DNA of 64,000 nucleotides from an uncultured Actinomycetes bacterium. Its GTDB lineage: Bacteria > Actinomycetota > Thermoleophilia > Gaiellales > JAICJC01. Within the stretch, counting starts at the first letter, position 1. Each line of letters starts with the position of its first letter. The stretch is taken from the NCBI GenBank assembly GCA_963708725.1, contig CAVPTL010000018.1:50075-114074 (forward strand), given 5' to 3'. This document shows, piece by piece, positions 36,001-44,039 of the stretch. The notes beneath the pieces are model-generated. The model made no database searches. It was not told the origin of the DNA and saw only the letters and a list, made by a program, of their open reading frames with translations. A program made the translations under genes and the position numbers.

Positions 36001-36683
36001 GCGTCGGGAAGGAGCAAGAGACCAAACGCCCCCGGGCCGCTGTGGGTGCCGACGACGGCCCCGATCGCGCACACCCGCTCGATACCGGCATCGGGGCGGA
36101 GCCGAACGACCAGCTCGCTGAGCCGCGCCGCCGCCTCCGGGGCCTGGGCATGGGCAATCCCGACGCGGACCGGGCGGTCGGCGGGAGCCTCGGCCAGTAT
36201 GAACCGCTCGAACTCACGCCAGATCCCGGCCACCCCACGGGTCGTCTTGTACTTCACGACCTCACCGTCGCGCATCGTGAGCAGGGTCTTGACCCCGAGC
36301 GCATCGCCGAGCAGCCGCTGGGTATGCGAGATCCGCCCGCCACGCTCGAGATACTCGAGGGTGGTGACGCCCACCAGCAGCCGCATCCGAGTGCGAGCGG
36401 CATCCACCCAGGCCACGATCGCCTCCGTTGGTTCGCCCGCGTCGATCAGTCGCTGCACCCCTTCGGCCAGCATGACCGTGCCCGCCGACACCGTCCCGCC
36501 GTCCAGCACCGTGACCCGTGGGTCGTCCTGGGCCGCAGCGCAGGCCGACTGATATGACGCCGAGACCCTGGACGAGATCGGCATGACGAAGACCCGGGTG
36601 CAGTCCGAGAGCTGCGCGAACGCGTCCTGGTAGGCACCCGGCGACGGTGCAGATGTCTGGGGATGGTCAGAGCTTTGGCGCAA
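35997..36683 (-). CDS. DegV/FakB-type fatty-acid-binding domain, C-terminal ~4/5 (frame-shifted continuation of 36667..37794)
   Basis: PQTSAPSPGAYQDAF, ISSRVSASYQSA, LEYLERGGRI and GTHSGPGAFG are DegV signature blocks. The N-terminal DegV block (IVLDSTADLP...FYDLL) lies in the other frame, in the preceding ORF. Confidence 0.7.
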   Translation of the reverse strand: MRQSSDHPQTSAPSPGAYQDAFAQLSDCTRVFVMPISSRVSASYQSACAAAQDDPRVTVLDGGTVSAGTVMLAEGVQRLIDAGEPTEAIVAWVDAARTRMRLLVGVTTLEYLERGGRISHTQRLLGDALGVKTLLTMRDGEVVKYKTTRGVAGIWREFERFILAEAPADRPVRVGIAHAQAPEAAARLSELVVRLRPDAGIERVCAIGAVVGTHSGPGAFGLLLLPDA

Positions 36684-37794
36684 GCAGGTCGTAGAACCCG
36701 TCGGAGTCGATGTCGACGCCGTCGGCGTAGTCGCGATCGCCGAAGCTGACGGTCAGTGGCACCGACCGCCAGTGCGGGTGAAGCGTCTCGGGATCCGGCA
36801 GGTCGGCGGTGGAGTCCAACACGATCGCCGCGCTGGCGGTGGCGCCCGCCTGATCGAGGCCGCCGCCCTGGATGACCGTCAGTCGTTGCTCGCGCTGACG
36901 AGCCTGCTCATGCATGTTTGCGATCTCGATGCCGTCGACCGAGCCGACGGCCACCCCGAGGGAAAGCACCAGGCCGGGCTCGTCGGTATGCACATGCACC
37001 TTCACCAGCGGCGCCTCGCCGACCACCAGCACGCAGTCGCCAAAGCCTGCCAGCTCGCGCTCGAGAGCCGGCACGTCGATCGCCGGTGACTCGATCAGAT
37101 ACGACGTGCAATAGCGGTACTGGGATTCCTCGAGATGTACCGACTCAAACGACACCGGAACCGCCACCACCGGCGCGGGCGCTCGCGGCGCCTCACCCCG
37201 GTAACCGGCCACCGCGCCTCGCGAGAACTCGAGCAGCCCCGCGGCGCCTGCGTCGACGACGTGCGCGTCGCGCAGCACGCCGAGCATCGACTCGGTGCGA
37301 GCGACGGTTTCGGAGGCGGCTGCAAGCACGGCATCGATCGCCACATCGAGGGGATCCTCGCGATGGAGCTCGGCGATCTCGGCCATCTCGCGGATCACGG
37401 TCAGCATCGTGCCCTCGATCGGCTGTCGCACGGGCCGGTAGGCGGCCTCGCAGGCGGCGCGCAGCGCGCGTGCCAGGACGCCGGCGTCGACCGTGCCGCC
37501 CTCTGCCAGCACGTCGGCGAATCCGGCCACGATCTGGGAGAGGATGATGCCGCTGTTGCCGCTGGCGCCCGCCAGGGCCGAGCGCTTGGCGGCTGCGGCC
37601 ACCTCGGCCAATGACTCGGCGGAGCCGGACTCCAATCCATCGGCGAGCCGCATCGCGGTGCGGGTGAGGTTGGATCCGGTATCGCCGTCGGGCACCGGAA
37701 AGACGTTCAGATCGTTCAGCTGGGCGCGGCTGGCTTCGACCGCGGACGCGCCCCCGCGGGTCGCGGCCAGGGCGATCTGGCGCGGGCTATTCAC
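36667..37794 (-). CDS. DAK2/DhaL-domain (YloV/FakA-like) protein carrying the first ~55 aa of a DegV domain at its C-terminus
   Basis: LNDLNVFPVPDGDTGSNL, GASGNSGIILSQ (DhaL). YloV-type middle domain (YRYCTSYLIE...VKVHVHTDEPG...IEIANMHEQ). Then IVLDSTADLP...VPLTVSFGDRDYADGVDIDSDGFYDLL and a stop. Confidence 0.8.
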   Translation of the reverse strand: MNSPRQIALAATRGGASAVEASRAQLNDLNVFPVPDGDTGSNLTRTAMRLADGLESGSAESLAEVAAAAKRSALAGASGNSGIILSQIVAGFADVLAEGGTVDAGVLARALRAACEAAYRPVRQPIEGTMLTVIREMAEIAELHREDPLDVAIDAVLAAASETVARTESMLGVLRDAHVVDAGAAGLLEFSRGAVAGYRGEAPRAPAPVVAVPVSFESVHLEESQYRYCTSYLIESPAIDVPALERELAGFGDCVLVVGEAPLVKVHVHTDEPGLVLSLGVAVGSVDGIEIANMHEQARQREQRLTVIQGGGLDQAGATASAAIVLDSTADLPDPETLHPHWRSVPLTVSFGDRDYADGVDIDSDGFYDLLAPKL

Positions 37795-37804
37795 GGTCGG
37801 TGGG

Positions 37805-38179
37805 TCACCGAGTGCGCTTGACCCCTTGGATGTAGATCTGGATCGAGTCGACGGGCATCTGCGTCAGCTTCTCCACCTGATACTGCACCCGGGAGCGGAC
37901 GTTGCCCGCCACCTCGGCCAGGTTCAACCCATATTCGACGACGATGTAGAGCTCGATCGCAAGCCCCTGAGGCTCGGGCCGGACAGTCACGCCCTGGTCG
38001 ATTCGCTCGCGTGAAAGCAGCCGGTAGACGCCCTGAGTCAGGCTCGAGGCCGCCATGCCCACGACGCCGTAGCACTCGAGCACCGTGAGCCCCACGATCT
38101 GGGCGATCACATCGTTTGTGATCGTGAACTCCCCGCCCACCGCCTCGGGCTCCCCCACACCTGCCAGGTGACGCTGCAT
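37805..38179 (-). CDS. Asp23/Gls24-family (alkaline shock protein 23-like) protein
   Basis: 124 aa. ITNDVIAQIVGLTVLECYGVVGMA..., ELYIVVEYGLNLAEVAGNVRSRV. Conserved position next to yloV-like and rpmB. Confidence 0.85.
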   Translation of the reverse strand: MQRHLAGVGEPEAVGGEFTITNDVIAQIVGLTVLECYGVVGMAASSLTQGVYRLLSRERIDQGVTVRPEPQGLAIELYIVVEYGLNLAEVAGNVRSRVQYQVEKLTQMPVDSIQIYIQGVKRTR

Positions 38180-38240
38180 ATGGTGTAGGACGTGTCGCGA
38201 GCGGCGCTGGTTGCGGGGTGATCATCTATACTCCGCCGCC

Positions 38241-38432
38241 ATGTCCCGCGTCTGCGTCATCTGCTCGAAGAAACCAGGGTTTGGAAACAACCGCAGCCAC
38301 TCGATGGTGGCCACCAGGCGGCGCTTCAATCCCAACCTCCAGAGGATTCGGATCCTCGTGGACGGCGCCCCCTCGCGCGAGTACGTGTGCACCCGCTGCC
38401 TGAAGAGCGGCCGGGTCACCAAAGCCGTTTAG
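38241..38432 (+). CDS. rpmB: 50S ribosomal protein L28
   Basis: ATG at 38241. MSRVCVICSKKPGFGNNRSHSMVATRRRFNPNLQ. Confidence 0.9.
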   Translation: MSRVCVICSKKPGFGNNRSHSMVATRRRFNPNLQRIRILVDGAPSREYVCTRCLKSGRVTKAV

Positions 38433-38441
38433 GTCGGACGC

Positions 38442-39047
38442 GTGGCTCCGCTGCGGCGGCGTGACCTCGATCCCGATCCGCTTCGGCAGTTCGGCGGGTG
38501 GTTCGCGACGGCCGCTGCCGGCGATCATGCCGCCGACGTGACAGCGGTGGCGCTTGCAACCGCGACGCCGAGCGCGGTGCCGTCGGTGCGAATGGTGCTG
38601 CTCCACGGGTTCGACCAGCACGGCTTTCGGTTCTACACCGGCTATGCCAGCCGCAAGGCTTCCGAGCTCGACCGAAACCCTCACGCCGCCATGCTGTTCC
38701 ACTGGCCCGAGGAAGGTCGGCAGGTGCGAATCGAGGGTGCGGTCGCGCGATTGCCGGCCGATCAGTCGGACGCATACTTCGCCAGCCGCCCGGTCGAGAG
38801 CCGGCTGGGGGCGTGGGCATCACACCAGGGAGCGGTGCTCGACTCCCGCACCGACCTCGAGCAGGCGTTGGCGACCGCCCGCGATCGGTTCGGCAGTGGA
38901 CCGATCCCCCGCCCGGAGCGGTGGGGCGGATACCAACTCACCGCGAGCCGGTTCGAGTTCTGGCAGCACGGTGCCAACCGGCTGCACGACCGGTTCGTCT
39001 ACCGGCCGGAGGGCATCGGGTGGGTCATCGAGCGGCTCGCTCCGTGA
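38442..39047 (+). CDS. pdxH: Pyridoxamine 5'-phosphate oxidase
   Basis: PSVRMVLLHGFDQHGFRFYTGYASRKASEL, QVRIEG, RPERWGGYQL..FEFWQ....LHDR. Confidence 0.9.
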   Translation: MAPLRRRDLDPDPLRQFGGWFATAAAGDHAADVTAVALATATPSAVPSVRMVLLHGFDQHGFRFYTGYASRKASELDRNPHAAMLFHWPEEGRQVRIEGAVARLPADQSDAYFASRPVESRLGAWASHQGAVLDSRTDLEQALATARDRFGSGPIPRPERWGGYQLTASRFEFWQHGANRLHDRFVYRPEGIGWVIERLAP

Positions 39048-39834
39048 ACACCTGACGCACTCCCCGAAGCGGGGAGCCAAGCACGCGGCTCGCGAGCGTG
39101 AGATCGAGCCGGCAGTCGAGTGGGCGCGGCTCGGGCCGATCGGCGCTCAACGCCTGGGGGAGGTCGTCGGTGCCGGTCACGATCCGCGCGAACTCCCACC
39201 GCGATACCGCATCTCCGCCGGCGATATTGAGGGTGCCGGTGAACGTCCCGTCCGCCAGCTCGAGCAGGGCGGCCGCAAGGTCGCCCACCGCAACCGGACA
39301 CCGCAGCTCGTCGGTGTAGAACCCCAGCGTGGTGCGTCCCGCCGCCACGTCCAGAGCGACCAGTTCATGCCGCGAGGGCTCTGCGCCGCCGTAGATCAGT
39401 GACGTTCGCACCACCACCGCGGCGGGGTGGGCCGCCTGGACGCGGGCCTCGGCCTCGGCCTTGGCGCGGCCGTAGGCGGTGATCGGCGAGAGCTGGGAAT
39501 CCTCGCGATAGGGAGCGCCACCACGGCCGTCGAAGACGACATCGGTCGAGATGTGGATGAGACGCGATCCCAGCGCGAAGGCGGCGGCCGCCACCGCCTC
39601 GGAGCCGTCCACGGTGGTCGCGTATGCATCGGGCCCGGATTCGCGGTAGGCGGTGTGAATCACGGATCGCGGCCCCAGCTCGGCCATCGCGCGCTTCACC
39701 TGCGCCCGATCGCGCACGTCGACCCGCTCGCCATGGGGATTCGAGAACGTCCAGGCGGCCGCATCGGGCGCCTGGCGAAGGAGCTCTGAGCCGAGGTAGC
39801 CCGACGCTCCCGTCACCAGGAGCGGCTTGGTCAC
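39025..39834 (-). CDS. RmlD-like NAD(P)-dependent reductase (dTDP-4-dehydrorhamnose reductase family SDR)
   Basis: GTG 39834 in GTGA overlap with the ribH stop. LLVTGASGYLG, YGRAK (YxxxK), STDVVFDG. The 3' end overlaps the convergent pdxH by 23 nt. Confidence 0.75.
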   Translation of the reverse strand: MTKPLLVTGASGYLGSELLRQAPDAAAWTFSNPHGERVDVRDRAQVKRAMAELGPRSVIHTAYRESGPDAYATTVDGSEAVAAAAFALGSRLIHISTDVVFDGRGGAPYREDSQLSPITAYGRAKAEAEARVQAAHPAAVVVRTSLIYGGAEPSRHELVALDVAAGRTTLGFYTDELRCPVAVGDLAAALLELADGTFTGTLNIAGGDAVSRWEFARIVTGTDDLPQALSADRPEPRPLDCRLDLTLASRVLGSPLRGVRQVFTERAAR

Positions 39835-40349
39835 CCCGAGCGGCGACGCGGCAGGGCGCGCAGCAGGCCGACCATCTCGAGCGCCGCGTCGGCGGCCTCC
39901 GCACCCTTGTTTCCGTGCTTGCCACCGGCGCGGTCGAGCGCCTGCTGCTCGTTCTCGGTGGTCAGTAGGCCAAACGCGACCGGCACTCCCGTATCGAGGG
40001 CGGCCTGGATCACGCCCCGCGACGCCTCCGCACACACATAGTCGAAGTGCGGGGTCTCGCCCCGGATGACACACCCCAGCGCGATCACCGCCTGGTGTCC
40101 TCCCGCCTCAGCAAGCCGGCGACAGGCCAGCGGCAGCTCCCACGCTCCCGGAACAAGCACGATCGTCAGTCGCTCGCGGGCGATTCCCCGGTTGACCAGC
40201 TGGGTGACTGCGCCCTCGAGCAGCTTCTCGACAACCGATGCGTTGTAGCGCGACGCCACGATCGCGACGTCGGTGTGCGCGTCGGCGCGTGCGGCAACGA
40301 CCGTGCAGCCCGCCGGGATTGCGATATCGCCGGGCCCCGCCTCGCTCAT
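39831..40349 (-). CDS. ribH: 6,7-dimethyl-8-ribityllumazine synthase
   Basis: VAIVASRYNASVVEKLLEGA, VPGAWELP, ALGCVIRGETPHFDYV. Confidence 0.95.
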   Translation of the reverse strand: MSEAGPGDIAIPAGCTVVAARADAHTDVAIVASRYNASVVEKLLEGAVTQLVNRGIARERLTIVLVPGAWELPLACRRLAEAGGHQAVIALGCVIRGETPHFDYVCAEASRGVIQAALDTGVPVAFGLLTTENEQQALDRAGGKHGNKGAEAADAALEMVGLLRALPRRRSG

Positions 40350-41614
40350 TCGGGATCCCGCAGGCTCTGATGGGTGATCGTGTGTCCCATCCGCTCGGCC
40401 TTGGTGCGGAGATACCGCTCGTTGACCGGATTGGGCTCGGCCACGATCGGCACCTGTTCGGTGATCTCGAGCCCGTAGCCCTCGAGCCCCATCAGCTTCT
40501 TGGGGTTATTGGTCATCACCCGCAGCGACGTCAGGCCAAGGTCGGCCAGGATCTGATAGCCGATGCCATAGTCACGCGAGTCGACCGGCAGGCCGAGAGC
40601 CAGGTTCGCGTCGACCGTGTCGAGGCCCTGCTCCTGAAGCTCGTAGGCACGAAGCTTGTTGAGCAAACCGATGCCGCGGCCTTCCTGGGAGAGGTACAGC
40701 AGCACACCGGCGCCCTCCTCGGCGATCTGCGACAGGGCGCGGTCGAGCTGCTCGCCACAGTCGCAGCGAAGCGAATGGAACACATCGCCGGTCAGGCATT
40801 CCGAGTGCACCCGAACGAGCACGTCCTTCTTGCCGTCGACATCGCCCATCACCATCGCCACGTGCTGCTGGCCGTCGATCATCGAGCGGTACCCGTAGGC
40901 AACGAACTCGCCGAACGCGGTCGGCAACGACGCCGCTGCGATCCGCTCCACCAACGGCTCGGAGCGGTGCCGATGGGCGACGATGTCGGCCACGGTGATC
41001 ATCTTCAGATCGTGCTGCCGGCAGTAGCCGATCAGATCGGGAACCCGGGCCATGGTGCCGTCGGGGTTCATGACCTCGCAGATCACACCGGCGGGCTGGA
41101 GGCCGGCCAGGCGCGCCAGGTCAACGGAGGCCTCGGTCTGGCCGGTGCGCTCGAGTACGCCGAACGGCCGGGCCTTGAGCGGGAACACGTGGCCGGGTTG
41201 TACGAGGTCACCGGGACTCGAATCGGGGTTGATCGCCACCTGGATCGTGTGTGCTCGGTCGGCGGCGGAGATGCCTGTGGAGACGCCCTCGCGGGCCTCG
41301 ATGGACACCGTGAACGCCGTCTCGAACGGCGTCATGTTGTGATGGGTCATCATGTCGAGGCCGAGCTCCTCGATCCGCTCAGGCGTGAGCGACAGGCAGA
41401 TCAGACCGCGCGCGTGGGTGGCCATGAAGTTGATGGCCTCAGGCGTGACGTACTGCGCGGCCATGACCAGGTCGCCCTCGTTCTCGCGGTCGGGCGAATC
41501 GACCACCACCACCATCTTGCCCGCGCGGATGTCGTCGATCGCTTCCTGAACGGTCGCAAACGGTGACACCTCGAGTTCGGGGTACATCTCCTTGAAGCCC
41601 GTATCAGCGTTCAT
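40346..41614 (-). CDS. ribBA: Bifunctional 3,4-dihydroxy-2-butanone-4-phosphate synthase / GTP cyclohydrolase II
   Basis: DRENEGDL (DHBPS) and [21 protein letters not shown] (GCH II). ATG 41614 preferred (GGAG 4 nt upstream, overlaps ribE by 11 nt). ATG 41587 is an alternative. Confidence 0.95.
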   Translation of the reverse strand: MNADTGFKEMYPELEVSPFATVQEAIDDIRAGKMVVVVDSPDRENEGDLVMAAQYVTPEAINFMATHARGLICLSLTPERIEELGLDMMTHHNMTPFETAFTVSIEAREGVSTGISAADRAHTIQVAINPDSSPGDLVQPGHVFPLKARPFGVLERTGQTEASVDLARLAGLQPAGVICEVMNPDGTMARVPDLIGYCRQHDLKMITVADIVAHRHRSEPLVERIAAASLPTAFGEFVAYGYRSMIDGQQHVAMVMGDVDGKKDVLVRVHSECLTGDVFHSLRCDCGEQLDRALSQIAEEGAGVLLYLSQEGRGIGLLNKLRAYELQEQGLDTVDANLALGLPVDSRDYGIGYQILADLGLTSLRVMTNNPKKLMGLEGYGLEITEQVPIVAEPNPVNERYLRTKAERMGHTITHQSLRDPE

Positions 41615-42203
41615 CCTGCTCCGATGGTACCCCACCGGCGGTGAGCCGCTCCACATACTTGCCGAACAGATCGGCCTCCAGATTGACCCGGTCGCCCGGC
41701 CGCAGCTGCCCGAAGTTGGTGGCCTCGAGCGTATGCGGGATCAGCGAGACGCCAAAGCCGTCCGCATCGAATCCGGTCACGGTCAGGCTGACGCCGTTGA
41801 CCGCGATCGAGCCCTTCTCGATCACGTAGCGAAGCACCGCCGCGGGCGCCTCGAACCAGATCTCGACCGCGTTTCCATTGGGAGTCATGGATGCAACCCG
41901 GCCGACACCGTCGACGTGACCCTGCACCCAATGCCCGCCCATGCGGTCGCCGACCCGCAAGGCCGGCTCGAGATTGATCGCATCACCCGCAGCGCGATCG
42001 CCCAGGGTGGTGCGACGGAGTGTTTCGGGCACGGCGTCGAACCGAAGCCGGGTGCCGTCCACCTCGGTCACCGTCAGGCAGCAGCCGTCGACGGCGACCG
42101 AGTCGCCAATCGCCACGTCGCGCGCCACCAGCTGCGATGTGAGCACGAGCGCGGGCGCCGGTACCTCCACCACGCCCTGTTCCACCACGATCCCCGTGAA
42201 CAC
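41604..42203 (-). CDS. ribE: Riboflavin synthase alpha chain
   Basis: MFTGIVVEQG..., duplicated lumazine-binding halves (GDSVAVDGCCLTV / GSIAVNGVSLTV). Confidence 0.9.
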   Translation of the reverse strand: MFTGIVVEQGVVEVPAPALVLTSQLVARDVAIGDSVAVDGCCLTVTEVDGTRLRFDAVPETLRRTTLGDRAAGDAINLEPALRVGDRMGGHWVQGHVDGVGRVASMTPNGNAVEIWFEAPAAVLRYVIEKGSIAVNGVSLTVTGFDADGFGVSLIPHTLEATNFGQLRPGDRVNLEADLFGKYVERLTAGGVPSEQDER

Positions 42204-42205
42204 CC

Positions 42206-43276
42206 TTACGGCTCCCTCAACTCGATTTCGGTCAGGATATCTGGCCCCACGGGTCGCGACTCCAGCGGCTGTGGAAGCTCAACCGCACGGGTGAACATGC
42301 CGGGACCGCCGCCAAGCTCGACGGGCGCGGTGAATACCAGCATGCGATCGATCAGGTGGGCGTCCAGAAGCGCCGTTGCGAGAGTCGCTCCCCCCTCCAC
42401 CAGAAGCCACGCGACGTCCCGCTGCCCCAGCGCGGTCAGCCCGGAGCCGAGCGAATCGACGATCACCCGCTCGACGCCATGTGGCGCCACCGCCGGGATG
42501 TCGGTCGCGACCAGGTCAAGGACGGGCATCTCGGGCGTGGCGCTGCGGGCCAGCTGGGAACCGGCTGGGAGCCGCGCCTGCCGGTCGAACACCACTCTGA
42601 TCGGCTGGCGTTCGGCCGGCGGCGTCACGTCACGGGCTGTCAGATCGGGGTCGTCTGCCAACACGGTGCCGATGCCGACCGCAACCGCTCCGGCCCGGGC
42701 CCGGAGCTCGTGCACCAGGCGGCGGCTCTGCGTCGACGAGATCCAGGTGCGCTCACCCGAGGCCGGAGCGGTGCGGCCATCACGGCTCACGGCGACCTTG
42801 TAGGTGACGTGAGGCCGGCCCAGCGTCACCAGCGTCCGGAACCCGGCATTCTGGCGATGCGCGCGACGTTCGATCTCACCATCGGCCTGATCCACGGCGA
42901 TGCCGGCTGCCCGGAGCCGAGCCAGCCCCGACCCGTTGACACGCGGATCGGGGTCGCCGGCCGCGACCACCACCCGGGCGATGCCCGCCGCGATCAGCGC
43001 GTCGGTACACGGCGGGGTGCGGCCGTGATGGGAGCACGGCTCCAGGCCGACATACGCGGTCGCCCCGGCCGCCCGCTCACCCGCCACCGCCAGGGCATTT
43101 CGCTCGGCGTGCGGCTCGCCGGGGCGCACATGCCAGCCCTCGCCCACCACCTCCCCGTCGCGGACAACGACACAGCCCACCATCGGGTTGGGTGCAGCCG
43201 TCCGTGCACCCAGCTCGGCGAGCTCGAGGCAGCGCTCGAGATGCCGCCTGTCGGCGTCGTTCAGGCGATCGCCCAC
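42206..43276 (-). CDS. ribD: Bifunctional riboflavin biosynthesis deaminase/reductase RibD
   Basis: HAERNAL, LEPCSHHGRTPPC (CMP/dCMP deaminase Zn site), and a C-terminal RibD reductase domain. Confidence 0.9.
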   Translation of the reverse strand: MGDRLNDADRRHLERCLELAELGARTAAPNPMVGCVVVRDGEVVGEGWHVRPGEPHAERNALAVAGERAAGATAYVGLEPCSHHGRTPPCTDALIAAGIARVVVAAGDPDPRVNGSGLARLRAAGIAVDQADGEIERRAHRQNAGFRTLVTLGRPHVTYKVAVSRDGRTAPASGERTWISSTQSRRLVHELRARAGAVAVGIGTVLADDPDLTARDVTPPAERQPIRVVFDRQARLPAGSQLARSATPEMPVLDLVATDIPAVAPHGVERVIVDSLGSGLTALGQRDVAWLLVEGGATLATALLDAHLIDRMLVFTAPVELGGGPGMFTRAVELPQPLESRPVGPDILTEIELREP

Positions 43277-43968
43277 GCCGGGGCCTCGGCCGAGGCGAGC
43301 AGCGCGGTCAGCTCCGTGAACGCATCGCCGGGCGACGGCGTGGAAAAGATCCCCGACCCCGAGACCAGAATATTGGCTCCGGCGCGGTAGCAGTCGACGA
43401 TCGTGGGGCGATGGATGCCTCCGTCGACCTCGACCACGACGCCCTCACGTGCCGCCGCCAGCTCGCGCATCCGCGGCAGCCGGTCGAGCGTGGCCGGAAT
43501 GAACTCCTGCCCACCCCACCCCGGGTTGACGCTCATGCAGAGAAGCACGTCGGCATACCTGGCGGCCTCCGTGATCGCCTCCACCGGGGTCGCCGGCGAC
43601 AGGGTCACACCGGCGCGGCAGCCGAGTTCGGTGATCTCGTGCAGCGTGTGGTGCAGGTGCGGACAGGTCTCGACGTGGACGGTGATGCTGTCTGCCCCGG
43701 CCGCGGCGAACTGGCTCAGGTGGCGCTCGGGCTGCTCGACCATGAGATGGACATCGGCGAAACCACCCCGTTCGTGGATCACGTCTGAGATGTCGGCCAG
43801 CATCTTGGGGCCAAAGGTGATCACGGGCACGAAATGGCCGTCCATCACATCGACATGGATCACCCGCGCTCCGGCATCCAGTACCTCGATCACCTGCTCA
43901 CGCACCCGGCCGAAGTCCGACGACAGGATCGAGGGTGCGACCAGGGCATCGGTGGGCCATTCGGACAT
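43261..43968 (-). CDS. rpe: Ribulose-phosphate 3-epimerase
   Basis: ATG at 43968. APSILSSDF, HVDVMDGHFVP, VNPGWGGQ. Confidence 0.9.
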   Translation of the reverse strand: MSEWPTDALVAPSILSSDFGRVREQVIEVLDAGARVIHVDVMDGHFVPVITFGPKMLADISDVIHERGGFADVHLMVEQPERHLSQFAAAGADSITVHVETCPHLHHTLHEITELGCRAGVTLSPATPVEAITEAARYADVLLCMSVNPGWGGQEFIPATLDRLPRMRELAAAREGVVVEVDGGIHRPTIVDCYRAGANILVSGSGIFSTPSPGDAFTELTALLASAEAPAWAIA

Positions 43969-44039
43969 CCGGGGAACTGTAACGGCCTTCGATCTCAACC
44001 GTCGTGGCCGGTGGGCGATCACCGGGATACGCCCCGTTG

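Noticed and set aside
42206-43968. FMN riboswitch expected upstream of the riboflavin operon
   Set aside because: ribD overlaps rpe by 16 nt and all rib genes abut each other. There is no untranslated leader that could hold an RFN element, and the rpe/GGDEF intergenic region is under ~75 nt.
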